Assembly (NCBI GenBank): GCA_964488505.1
Contig: CAZAUI010000003.1
Coordinates: 30,221-94,220 of the forward strand
DNA length: 64,000 nt
Source: an uncultured Thermoplasmata archaeon
Lineage (GTDB): Archaea; Thermoplasmatota; Thermoplasmata; UBA10834
Direction: 5' to 3'
The position numbers and the translations under genes are program-made. Shown in pieces: positions 41,427 to 49,372 of the stretch; position 1 is the stretch's first letter; every line of letters starts with the position of its first letter. The notes beneath the pieces are model-generated. The model searched no databases, was not told the origin of the DNA, and saw only the letters and a list, made by a program, of their open reading frames with translations.

Positions 41427-42128
41427 TCACTTCCTGTCCCGTTCTATCATGCCCATGAGCAGCATCGTCGCTATGAGTGTCCGGCGGTCGAACCTTGCGG
41501 GTATCCTGGAGCAGTCGACCTCCCAGATGTCCCCTATGACCTTGAACTGCTGCTTGATCTCCGCGACCTGCTGCCCCTGGAACTCGACCACGAGCTGCTC
41601 GGGGACGAGCGCTCCGCCGGGGAGGAATTTGCGCGCGAGCCCCCTGCCGGCACGCTCCGCGACCCTGCCGACGGCGTTCCCGTACGCGTCGAGGAGCAGG
41701 TACTCGTCCTTGTAGATCCCGGACTTGATTGCCTGCCGCCGTATCTTGCCGACGACGGCCCCGGACGGGGAGTCCACGACCGCGAACGTGCCCCACATGT
41801 CCATGACCTGCTCCTGCTGTATCCTGAAGAGCTCGGCCGACATCGAGTCGTCAGTGAATATCTTGATACTCTCCTTGATCCGGATCAGTTTCTGTTTCGA
41901 GTACCCGAGGGAGTTGCCGTTCGCGTCCTCTATCCAGTACTGGTTGGTTATCGCGACGACCTTCTTCCTTATCCGGTAGAAGTTCTGGTACCACATCGGG
42001 TTCCCGGGCGCCGCAGGCGGGGGCGCGGAGGCGCCTCCCATCGGCGTGCCGACCCTAGCCCCGCAGCTGCTGCAGAACGCCCCGTCTTCAGGTATCTGAG
42101 TCCCGCAATTCGGACAGTTCAATGTCAT
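41427..42128 (-). CDS. N-terminal zinc-ribbon fused to LURP-one-related (LOR/YxjI, Tubby-C-like) domain
   Basis: CPNCGTQIPEDGAFCSSCG, a Pro/Ala linker, then YRIRKKVVAITNQYWIEDANGNSLGYSKQKL...FTDDSMSAELFRIQQ... ending in a hydrophobic helix (LIATMLLMGMIE), as in YxjI-type LOR proteins. Confidence 0.6.
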   Translation of the reverse strand: MTLNCPNCGTQIPEDGAFCSSCGARVGTPMGGASAPPPAAPGNPMWYQNFYRIRKKVVAITNQYWIEDANGNSLGYSKQKLIRIKESIKIFTDDSMSAELFRIQQEQVMDMWGTFAVVDSPSGAVVGKIRRQAIKSGIYKDEYLLLDAYGNAVGRVAERAGRGLARKFLPGGALVPEQLVVEFQGQQVAEIKQQFKVIGDIWEVDCSRIPARFDRRTLIATMLLMGMIERDRK

Positions 42129-42253
42129 CCCATCCTCTGCATGGATTGGCGCGACGGGATATAATGGCTTGGCGGTCGACTGCGCCCACGGTCAAAGAGA
42201 ATAGATTGCCTCGCCCGCTCGGTGGGCGAGGCTTGGATGGTTTCGCCGGCCTA

Positions 42254-43429
42254 CTAGGCATCCGCCGGGAAGGTCAGCGCCCAAGCGGTCTGGAGGTCGT
42301 CATAGCCCGTGTCGGTCACGAACTGGACCATGGCTATGTACCGGTCCACCAGGAGGTATTCATAGTCGGCCGAAACCCACCAGATCGTCAGGCCGTGCAT
42401 TGTCTGGAGGTACTTGGAGGTGTGGAGGGCGACGACTGCATCCTCGACCACACCCATCACGGCCTCACAGGCGTCCGCGATCGCCTCGTCCTCGACGTTC
42501 AGCATCAGCTGCTCGCAGAAGTCGTGGAGGTCGACACCGTACCCCGCGTACCCGTTCCCTACCGCGGAGTCGAGCGCGGTCTGGTACCCGTCCGCGTGAG
42601 TCTCGAGGCCGACAAGGAGCGCCTCGGACCAGGCCTGGAAGATTGGCAGGGCGTTCCCGATCACGGTCACGTCGGTGACCGCTAGGTTGACCTTCCTTCC
42701 GTAGTGGTAGTAGGCGTCCCAGCCGACGAGCATCATGTCGCAGAGCATCTCAGGCGTGGCCGTCGAATCCTCCATCAGGGGCGTGAACATAAGGTCGTAC
42801 GGGAACCCGTCGAACGGTATGCTCATCTCGGACGCGACCATGTACTTCACGAGGCCCGTCTGGGAGAGCTCGTATGCGACCTCCACGGAGGACATCAGGC
42901 ACGCGTCGAAGGCCATGACGTCTATCTCGAGCCCCGCCCCGACAAGCGCGTCGCTGAGCTCGTTCATCCGTATGATGTCGTTGTTGTAATCCTCGTCCGA
43001 GCAGACCCCGAGCCAGGAACCCCCGTGGTTCCATGGGACCACGCAAACGTTCTCCGCCGGGTACAACTCCTCTACCGTATCGAGGAAGAACTGGAACGTC
43101 GCCCCGTCTCCCGTGTTCATGTCGTCGTAAGTCTTCACGACCGTGTACGTGTCGCCTGAGAACTCCATCAGCTCGATCGTGTCAGTGCTCAGCTTGTCGA
43201 CCATCGCGACCACGTTGACGCGCTTGGCGCTGGGCAGCGCCAGCAGCGCGTCCAGCGTGTACATGTCCCACGCGATCTCCAGGTTGTTGTCGGAGGCGAT
43301 GTATATCGCCACCGTCCAATCGTCCTGCCGCGGCCCGTTGGCCGCGGTCGCGGAGAATGCGAAGGTCGTTCCTGAAACAAGCAAGACTAACACTACAAGG
43401 GATGCCTTCATCCCCTTAGACCTGAACAT
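42254..43429 (-). CDS. Clostripain-family (C11) cysteine peptidase, secreted, paralog 2
   Basis: WTVAIYIASDNNL, His motif VPWNHGGSW, Cys motif MAFDACLMS. Signal peptide MKASLVVLVLLVSGTTFAFSA. Confidence 0.8.
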   Translation of the reverse strand: MFRSKGMKASLVVLVLLVSGTTFAFSATAANGPRQDDWTVAIYIASDNNLEIAWDMYTLDALLALPSAKRVNVVAMVDKLSTDTIELMEFSGDTYTVVKTYDDMNTGDGATFQFFLDTVEELYPAENVCVVPWNHGGSWLGVCSDEDYNNDIIRMNELSDALVGAGLEIDVMAFDACLMSSVEVAYELSQTGLVKYMVASEMSIPFDGFPYDLMFTPLMEDSTATPEMLCDMMLVGWDAYYHYGRKVNLAVTDVTVIGNALPIFQAWSEALLVGLETHADGYQTALDSAVGNGYAGYGVDLHDFCEQLMLNVEDEAIADACEAVMGVVEDAVVALHTSKYLQTMHGLTIWWVSADYEYLLVDRYIAMVQFVTDTGYDDLQTAWALTFPADA

Positions 43430-43520
43430 ATATCCTCTGACCCCTGCGTCTACAGACGCGGGTTGAGGATTGCCCGGGCGCTATATGAACCTCACCGGCG
43501 CTGCTCCGCCTGGTCTTCGG

Positions 43521-43532
43521 ATGACATGTCAT
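43521..43532. promoter_or_regulatory. Perfect 12-bp palindrome ATGACATGTCAT in the C11/BsuPI-like divergent spacer
   Basis: Read directly. Lies 92 nt from the C11 ATG (43429) and 54 nt from ATG 43586. Confidence 0.4.
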
Positions 43533-43585
43533 GAGACCCTTTGTATACCGTCTAGCCGGTTCAGTAGCCGGAGGAAGAGACGGCG

Positions 43586-44215
43586 ATGACGGGAGGTGGC
43601 GGGGGCCCTGAGGGGACCAGACGCGGTCCTCGGATACCGAGGGAGATGTACGCCCTGGTCCTGGTCGCGGTCGTCGTGGCCGCCTCCGCCGCCACCACCA
43701 TCGGCGTGGCCGTGCTCTGGGACCGCGGGCCCTCGCTCACGGTCGAGACGGACAAGGACGAGTACGCCCTCGGGGAGCCCGTCGAGATATCGGCGGAGCT
43801 CAAGAACCTGGGCCTCAACACCATCACGCTCACGTTCAACGTGAGCCCGGTCGAGATCACCTTGAGGGTCTGGGGCCCTGACGGGACCGTCGTCTTCTAT
43901 GTCCCCCAGGTGGAAATGTATTGGGTGGTCACAATCGAGCTAGGGCCGCGCGAGAGTTTCCAGAGAGGATGGACCTGGGACCAGGTGAACCGCACGGGCG
44001 CCCCAGTGGATGAGCCAGGGACGTATACGGTCTCCGTAGGCAGCGCAAGCAATGAGTATCGGCTCATCGCCAACACATCGATAACCCTGTACTCCTCGTC
44101 CGCCCGTGATTCCTCGCTGCCGAGTTCGGCCGCTGCATTCCCTCTCGACCCCGCGGACTCATGCCTCCAGCTGACACCCCCGTACCGGACGAAGAGCCCC
44201 GTGAGATTCAGATGA
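43586..44215 (+). CDS. Membrane-anchored Ig-like protein resembling the BsuPI intracellular proteinase inhibitor fold
   Basis: TM MYALVLVAVVVAASAATTIGVAVLW, then EISAELKNLGLNTITLTFNVSPVEITLRVWGPDG...ELGPRESFQRGWTWD...EPGTYTVSV. This parallels Bacillus Ipi (SLKNQS..IEFQFSTGQKFELVVYD...LESGETY...EPGTYEV) from memory. Confidence 0.4.
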   Translation: MTGGGGGPEGTRRGPRIPREMYALVLVAVVVAASAATTIGVAVLWDRGPSLTVETDKDEYALGEPVEISAELKNLGLNTITLTFNVSPVEITLRVWGPDGTVVFYVPQVEMYWVVTIELGPRESFQRGWTWDQVNRTGAPVDEPGTYTVSVGSASNEYRLIANTSITLYSSSARDSSLPSSAAAFPLDPADSCLQLTPPYRTKSPVRFR

Positions 44216-44228
44216 CGCCTGGGAAGCG

Positions 44229-44915
44229 TCACGGGGTCGGGTGCGCAAGGTCGAGTGAGAATATGATCCCGCGGGCCTTCGAGCCTGAGTAGTACGATGT
44301 GATGTTGTCGTGGAACGTCGCTACGACCCTGAAACCCCTGCGCTCGTAGAACCTCCAGTCGCTCATGAGGTCGTCGGTGTAGACTGTGACGACGCCCGCG
44401 CCGGCCCCCTCTGCTGCCTTGAGGAACCTGTCGAGCAGGGCGCTCCCGACGCCCTTCCCTCTCCACTCCGAATCGACTATGAACATCTCGACGGATGCGT
44501 CCGAGGGCGGGGTGTTGAGCTTGAGTTTCAGCTCGGTCAACGCGAGGCTCCAGATGAACGCGAGGAGCCTGAGGTCTCTCCCGTCGTACTCGAGTATCGA
44601 TTTGGACAGGGATGGTATCTCCCCGAGGTGGGACCGTTCCGGGACCGCTCTGAGACCGTCTATCCTCCCGAACAGGAACCCGATCATCCTCCCGTCTGCG
44701 CAGGCGATGTCCGCCCAGTTCGAGGAGTCGAGGGAATACTGCATGTACCCCTCCATGCTGGCCTGCTCGACGTCCTTGGACGCCTTCCCGGGGCCCGCGG
44801 GCCAGGCCTGCCTGGCCAGGCGCCCGCACGCCTTGATGTCCCCCGGTTCGTGCTTCCTGAAGGAGACGCCTTGTGGGAGAGTATTCCTCGATGTGGTGTC
44901 CCCGTCACTCGTCAT
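44229..44915 (-). CDS. GNAT family N-acetyltransferase
   Basis: IVDSEWRGKGVGSALLDRFL (acetyl-CoA loop), YERRGFRVV. Confidence 0.75.
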   Translation of the reverse strand: MTSDGDTTSRNTLPQGVSFRKHEPGDIKACGRLARQAWPAGPGKASKDVEQASMEGYMQYSLDSSNWADIACADGRMIGFLFGRIDGLRAVPERSHLGEIPSLSKSILEYDGRDLRLLAFIWSLALTELKLKLNTPPSDASVEMFIVDSEWRGKGVGSALLDRFLKAAEGAGAGVVTVYTDDLMSDWRFYERRGFRVVATFHDNITSYYSGSKARGIIFSLDLAHPTP

Positions 44916-45072
44916 ACGGGCCCTGAATCGGAACAGTCATACTTCAACGTGGCAGCCGTTAGCGTGCGTTTGCGCAACCCTCATTTTCAGAAGGTACGAA
45001 ACTGTGCCACGCCTTATCCCCGGCTTCCCTGAGCAAGGTAAATATAGCTACACGGCGGTGAAACTGCCGACG

Positions 45073-45090
45073 TTTCGAATTGGTTCGAAA
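45073..45090. promoter_or_regulatory. Inverted repeat TTTCGAA-TTGG-TTCGAAA at the predicted 5' end of the SBP transcript
   Basis: 7-bp perfect arms. TATA-like TAAATATA at 45039-45046 would put the TSS at about 45070. Confidence 0.4.
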
Positions 45091-48000
45091 TGGGGGAACC
45101 CAATATGAGGAGAAAAGACATAGTGCTAGCTTCAGCCGGGATGGCGCTCGTCATGGTGTTGTCGATGATGGCGCTGCCCGCGCTCGCGCTCAGCGGCCCG
45201 TCGGCGCTCGTAGCGGCCGCTGATTCGATTGATGAAGGAGAAGACCCTGCCGCGCTGATGTCGGAGGTGGATGTGTACGATCCTCTGACGTTCGTGAAGG
45301 CGACGGTCGGCGAGCCTGATCTGCTTGACCCGGCCATCGACTACGAGTCCGCGGGTGCAGAGGTCATACAGAACGTCTATGAGACGCTCGTGTGGTACGA
45401 CGGGAGCAGCGCCTCCTGCATGATACCCGTTCTAGCAACCGAGGTGCCGACGGTAGCGAACGGCGGCATATCCGCAGACGGCATGAACTACACGTTCAAC
45501 ATCCGCGGAGGAGTGACGTTCCACGACGGCACCGACCTGACCGCGGAGGACGTCGCGTACTCCGTCCAGAGGGTCCTGAGGATTCACGACCTCTCCAGCC
45601 CGGCATGGATCTTGGAGCAGGCCATGACGGCGTACGTCGCATGGTATTTGGGTGCGACCGTCAACGACTGGGCGTTGTCGATGGACGTCCCCCAGTGGCT
45701 CCTGGACGGTGCCGGATTGACAGACCTGGGCCATGTACTCGAGGAGGCCGATGTGCAGGCCGTCGCAGAGTTCATGGTGACCGAGGAGGACACTATGACC
45801 GTCAACTTCAGGCTCACGAAGCCGTACCCGGCATTCCTGAGGATATGTGCAGCGACCGTGATGTCGGTCGTGAGCAAGGACTATGTCGAGGCGAACGGCG
45901 GCGTTGTCAACGGCGAGTTCAACGACCACATGTGGTCGAACATGTGCGGCACAGGGCCATACGAACTCGCTTCGTGGGACATCGGAGTGGAAATCCACCT
46001 GACCAGGTTCGCCGACTACTGGGGTCCCGCACCATCCATTGACGATGTCCACATCGTGCAGGTCAACGACATGGCGGAGCGGTTGAGCATGCTCGAGAAC
46101 GGCACCGCGGACACCATTTCGTGGTTCGTCTCGAACGAGGATCAGGTCGACGACGTCAACTACACGGTCGTCAAGGGTTCGCCGTCCTTCGACCTGGCCT
46201 TCATGCCGTTCAACTTCAACATCGATGCTGACACGGCCAACACCCAGTACGGCGGGGACATCACGACGGACTTCTTCTGGGATGTGCACATGAGGAAGGC
46301 GTTCGCCTATCTGATAGACTACGCGCAGTACATCGAGGATGTCGAGAGAGGCAACGCGATACAGCCCAACGGCGTCATCCCGCAGGGCATGTTCGGCTAC
46401 GACGCTGATGTGCCGGTCTACGAATACGACCTCGCAGCGGCCGAGGCCGAGCTGATGCAGACGTCATGGTGGTCCTCAGGGTTCACCGTCCCGCTGTTCT
46501 ACAACGCGGGGAACATCGGCAGGCAGACTCTGTGTGAGCTCATGAAGGCCGGCCTGGAGGCGATCGACCCTAGGTTCACCGCGACGACCAACGCCCTGGA
46601 TTGGATCGTGTTCCTGATGGAGGTGTACGATTCGAACGGATTCATGCCCGTGTACTCTGTCAGCTGGGGACCGGACTATGCGGACCCTGACGACTACGCA
46701 ACTCCCATGCTGGACAGCTTCAACGGCGTGTACCCGTACTACACGGGGTACGCCAACGCCAGCATCGACGACCTTGTCAGGGATGCGGCGGCCGAGGTCG
46801 ACGAGGACCTCCGGGCCCAGCTCTACAGCGATCTGGGATACGCGGTCCGCGACGACTGTCCATACATATGGGTCTCCCAGGGCTGCAACTTCCATGTGGA
46901 GCGGTCCTGGGTCGAGGGCTACTACTACAACCCGATGTTTGGCGACCTGTACTACCCGGCCCTCTCGAAGCTGACCGACCTGCCCGTGATAGTCGCGGCG
47001 ATAGATGTCGATCCCGAGACCGGCACCGTCGGGTTCCCGATGACCTTCGACGGGTCCGACTCGTACTCGCTCGCGGGTCCCATAGTCTCGTATGAATGGG
47101 ACATCGACTACGATTCCGACCACGCGACCGGGGTGGTCTTGGAATACACATTCATGACCGCGGGCAACCATAGCGTGAACCTGACCGTTACGGACAGCCT
47201 CGACAACACGGACACGGCCTACCTGACCGTCTTGGTCGAGGAGGTGTCGGAGAACGAGCCCCCGATGGCTGTCGCGACGGCCGACCCCAACCCCTCGACG
47301 GTCGGGTGGGACGTGGTCTTCAACGGGAGTTTCTCGAGCGACCCTGACGGGTACATAGAGAGCTACTCGTGGATCATATCGTCCGACGGGACCGAGCTGG
47401 CGTCCCTGACGGGGGTGCTGGCCAACTACACCTTCTGGGAGACGGGCACATACAACATCACACTGACCGTAACCGACGATGGCGGCCTGTGGGACACCGA
47501 CGTCGTGATGATGACTGTGGCAGATGCGCCGCCGGTCAGCGAGCCGCCTGTGGCGGATGCGGGCGCGGACCAGGTGGATGTCAAAGTCGGTGACACGGTC
47601 ACCTTCGACGGCTCGGGCTCGTCCGACGATGTCTTGGTGACCAACTACACCTGGACGTTCACATACGACGGCGACACGGTGGCGCTGTGGGGCATCGGGC
47701 CTACGTTCGTGTTCGACATCGCAGGCACTTACTTGGTGACCCTGAATGTCAGCGACGGCGAGGGACTGCGGGACCATGATTCGCTGGTCATAGTGGTTAC
47801 GGAGAACGTCGCGCCGGTGGCGGACGCGGGCGCGGACCAGACGGTCGACGAGGGCGACACGGTGACCTTCGACGGCACTGGCTCCACGGACTCCGACGGC
47901 ACGATAGAGTCGTACTGGTGGGTGTTCACCTACAACGGGACGACCCAGAACCTGAGCGGCGCTGAACCGACCTTCGAGTTCGAGATTGCAGGGACCTACA

Positions 48001-48203
48001 CGGTCACGCTGACGGTCACGGACTCGGACGGGGACACGGGCACCGACACCGTGACGATCACGGTGGAGGAGGCCGAGGAGGAGCCGCCGCCCGTGGAGGA
48101 ATCGTTCCTTGAGAAGTACGGTTTGGCAATCGCGATCATAGTGATCGTGATCGTGCTGATCGTGGTCGCGATGCTGCTCATGAAGAAGAAGAAGAGCAGC
48201 TGA
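45090..48203 (+). CDS. Family-5 (Opp/Dpp/Nik-type) ABC substrate-binding protein fused to four PKD modules and a C-terminal TM anchor
   Basis: LDPAIDYESAGAEVIQNVYETLVWYDG and the following ~550 aa are SBP_bac_5-like. Four PKD modules (46980-48066). Tail LAIAIIVIVIVLIVVAMLLMKKKKSS. The likely true start is ATG 45105 (MRRKDIVL... signal peptide). Confidence 0.8.
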   Translation: MGEPNMRRKDIVLASAGMALVMVLSMMALPALALSGPSALVAAADSIDEGEDPAALMSEVDVYDPLTFVKATVGEPDLLDPAIDYESAGAEVIQNVYETLVWYDGSSASCMIPVLATEVPTVANGGISADGMNYTFNIRGGVTFHDGTDLTAEDVAYSVQRVLRIHDLSSPAWILEQAMTAYVAWYLGATVNDWALSMDVPQWLLDGAGLTDLGHVLEEADVQAVAEFMVTEEDTMTVNFRLTKPYPAFLRICAATVMSVVSKDYVEANGGVVNGEFNDHMWSNMCGTGPYELASWDIGVEIHLTRFADYWGPAPSIDDVHIVQVNDMAERLSMLENGTADTISWFVSNEDQVDDVNYTVVKGSPSFDLAFMPFNFNIDADTANTQYGGDITTDFFWDVHMRKAFAYLIDYAQYIEDVERGNAIQPNGVIPQGMFGYDADVPVYEYDLAAAEAELMQTSWWSSGFTVPLFYNAGNIGRQTLCELMKAGLEAIDPRFTATTNALDWIVFLMEVYDSNGFMPVYSVSWGPDYADPDDYATPMLDSFNGVYPYYTGYANASIDDLVRDAAAEVDEDLRAQLYSDLGYAVRDDCPYIWVSQGCNFHVERSWVEGYYYNPMFGDLYYPALSKLTDLPVIVAAIDVDPETGTVGFPMTFDGSDSYSLAGPIVSYEWDIDYDSDHATGVVLEYTFMTAGNHSVNLTVTDSLDNTDTAYLTVLVEEVSENEPPMAVATADPNPSTVGWDVVFNGSFSSDPDGYIESYSWIISSDGTELASLTGVLANYTFWETGTYNITLTVTDDGGLWDTDVVMMTVADAPPVSEPPVADAGADQVDVKVGDTVTFDGSGSSDDVLVTNYTWTFTYDGDTVALWGIGPTFVFDIAGTYLVTLNVSDGEGLRDHDSLVIVVTENVAPVADAGADQTVDEGDTVTFDGTGSTDSDGTIESYWWVFTYNGTTQNLSGAEPTFEFEIAGTYTVTLTVTDSDGDTGTDTVTITVEEAEEEPPPVEESFLEKYGLAIAIIVIVIVLIVVAMLLMKKKKSS
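46980..48066 (+). repeat. Four tandem PKD-module coding repeats in the SBP
   Basis: Protein repeats of about 88 aa. The last two share GTGGCGGA(T/C)GCGGGCGCGGACCAG at 47550 and 47817, exactly 267 nt apart. Confidence 0.75.
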
Positions 48204-48361
48204 GCGGGCGAGGAGGACCGATAAACCCTTTCAAGAAACCCCTTATCCTATGTTTCTGGGGCCTGCTGGCGACAGGTTGTCCGCCGCAGATGATTATGCC
48301 TTCCGATAATGTCGCAGGGCCGGTGATACTGTCTCGGTGAAGCGCCTTCGTCTCGGACGGG

Positions 48362-48853
48362 ATGGTACTTCCGAGGGGCACACACATGGCGGCGACCAAG
48401 AAGAGCAGGGGGAGGTCCTCTCCGAAGCGGAAGAGGAAGTCGAAGCGGGCGGGCAAGGGCTCAGCGACCTGGGAGGAGCACAACGAGAGGGTGAGGTACC
48501 AGGCCGCCCTGAGCACCGAGCGGTTCCTGCAGGAGAACAGGGAGAAGATAGGGAGCTCTCCGGCCGAGAGCATCGCGAGGAACTCGTACCTGGCGGGCAT
48601 GATCGACATGCTTTCCACCGCCAGGGGCACGTTCGGGTTCTGGGGCGCGGACCAGATACTGAGCGAGCTCGAGCGGGTGAACCGGAGGTTCGCCCAGGTG
48701 GACACGAGCCCGCACGCAGAGCGGGGCGCGATCGAGGAGGCCGAGGGGGACTCGCCGGCCGGCCCCGGGGCCCCTCAGCCGGGCCCGCACTCTATCGGGA
48801 GCGTGACCGCGAAGGCGTCCAAGGGTCAGAAGAGGGACCCGATGTACGCGTGA
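48362..48853 (+). CDS. Hypothetical protein with strongly basic N-terminus
   Basis: Host-like GC3-rich codons. KKSRGRSSPKRKRKSKRAGKG followed by a helical region. No family recognised. Alternative start ATG 48386. Confidence 0.5.
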   Translation: MVLPRGTHMAATKKSRGRSSPKRKRKSKRAGKGSATWEEHNERVRYQAALSTERFLQENREKIGSSPAESIARNSYLAGMIDMLSTARGTFGFWGADQILSELERVNRRFAQVDTSPHAERGAIEEAEGDSPAGPGAPQPGPHSIGSVTAKASKGQKRDPMYA

Positions 48854-48876
48854 GCCCCGCGCAGGCTGTGATGTAG

Positions 48877-49311
48877 ATGGGCTGGGACCTGTGCTCTCGG
48901 AGCAACACCAGGGAGTTCCACGTGCTCATGTACGATTGGCCGCGCCTGTGCATGACCCTTGACTTCCTCGGGGCGGACGTGACCAAGATGGCGGAGTACA
49001 ACGACGGTTCGTACGTGCCCGCGCGCGTGGCGGACTCGTGGGCGGACGCCATCGAACGGGGGATCGACTCCCTGAAGATGGCAATCGTGAAGGACACCTT
49101 CTGCTCGCGCGGCGAGGGGTACTTCATAGTGCCCCTGTCCTACGGCGAGGAGGATGTCCGGGACCTCGTCGAGGAGTACTACGACGGACCCGAGGGCGAG
49201 CACCGGTCCGTGACCTTCCTGAGACTGGAGCCGCTGTCCGACCGCATGAGGCAGTACCTGCTCAGGTTCGCGAAGTTCTGCAGGAAGAGCAGGGGCTTCG
49301 AGCAGTGGTAG
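48877..49311 (+). CDS. Hypothetical cytoplasmic protein
   Basis: 144 aa with host-like codon usage. No family recognised. Confidence 0.5.
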   Translation: MGWDLCSRSNTREFHVLMYDWPRLCMTLDFLGADVTKMAEYNDGSYVPARVADSWADAIERGIDSLKMAIVKDTFCSRGEGYFIVPLSYGEEDVRDLVEEYYDGPEGEHRSVTFLRLEPLSDRMRQYLLRFAKFCRKSRGFEQW

Positions 49312-49329
49312 CGCCCGAGCTGCGATGCT

Positions 49330-49350
49330 CTTCCCGCAAAGGGCGGGGAG
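49330..49350. terminator. Hairpin CTTCCCGC-AAAGG-GCGGGGAG between convergent genes
   Basis: 8-bp stem with one G-U pair. Lies between stops at 49311 (+) and 49373 (-). Confidence 0.3.
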
Positions 49351-49372
49351 TGTCCAGGTCCGCCCGAACGGC

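Noticed and set aside
40835-42128. Idea that the CHAT-like protease and the LOR/Tubby-like protein form a gasdermin-style protease-activated membrane effector pair.
   Set aside because: The two genes are convergent, not co-transcribed. The LOR protein shows no gasdermin-like features that I can see. Nothing in the sequence links them functionally. I keep this only as a remote hypothesis, not a claim.
45071-45095. GGTTCGAAA, a tRNA T-arm-like string, raising the possibility of a tRNA gene. Similar strings: GATTCGAAC at 17531 and GGTTCGAACC at 18126.
   Set aside because: No acceptor, D or anticodon arms can be folded around any of them. The first is part of an inverted repeat at a promoter, and the last lies inside a CDS. 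I found no tRNA or rRNA gene in the window.
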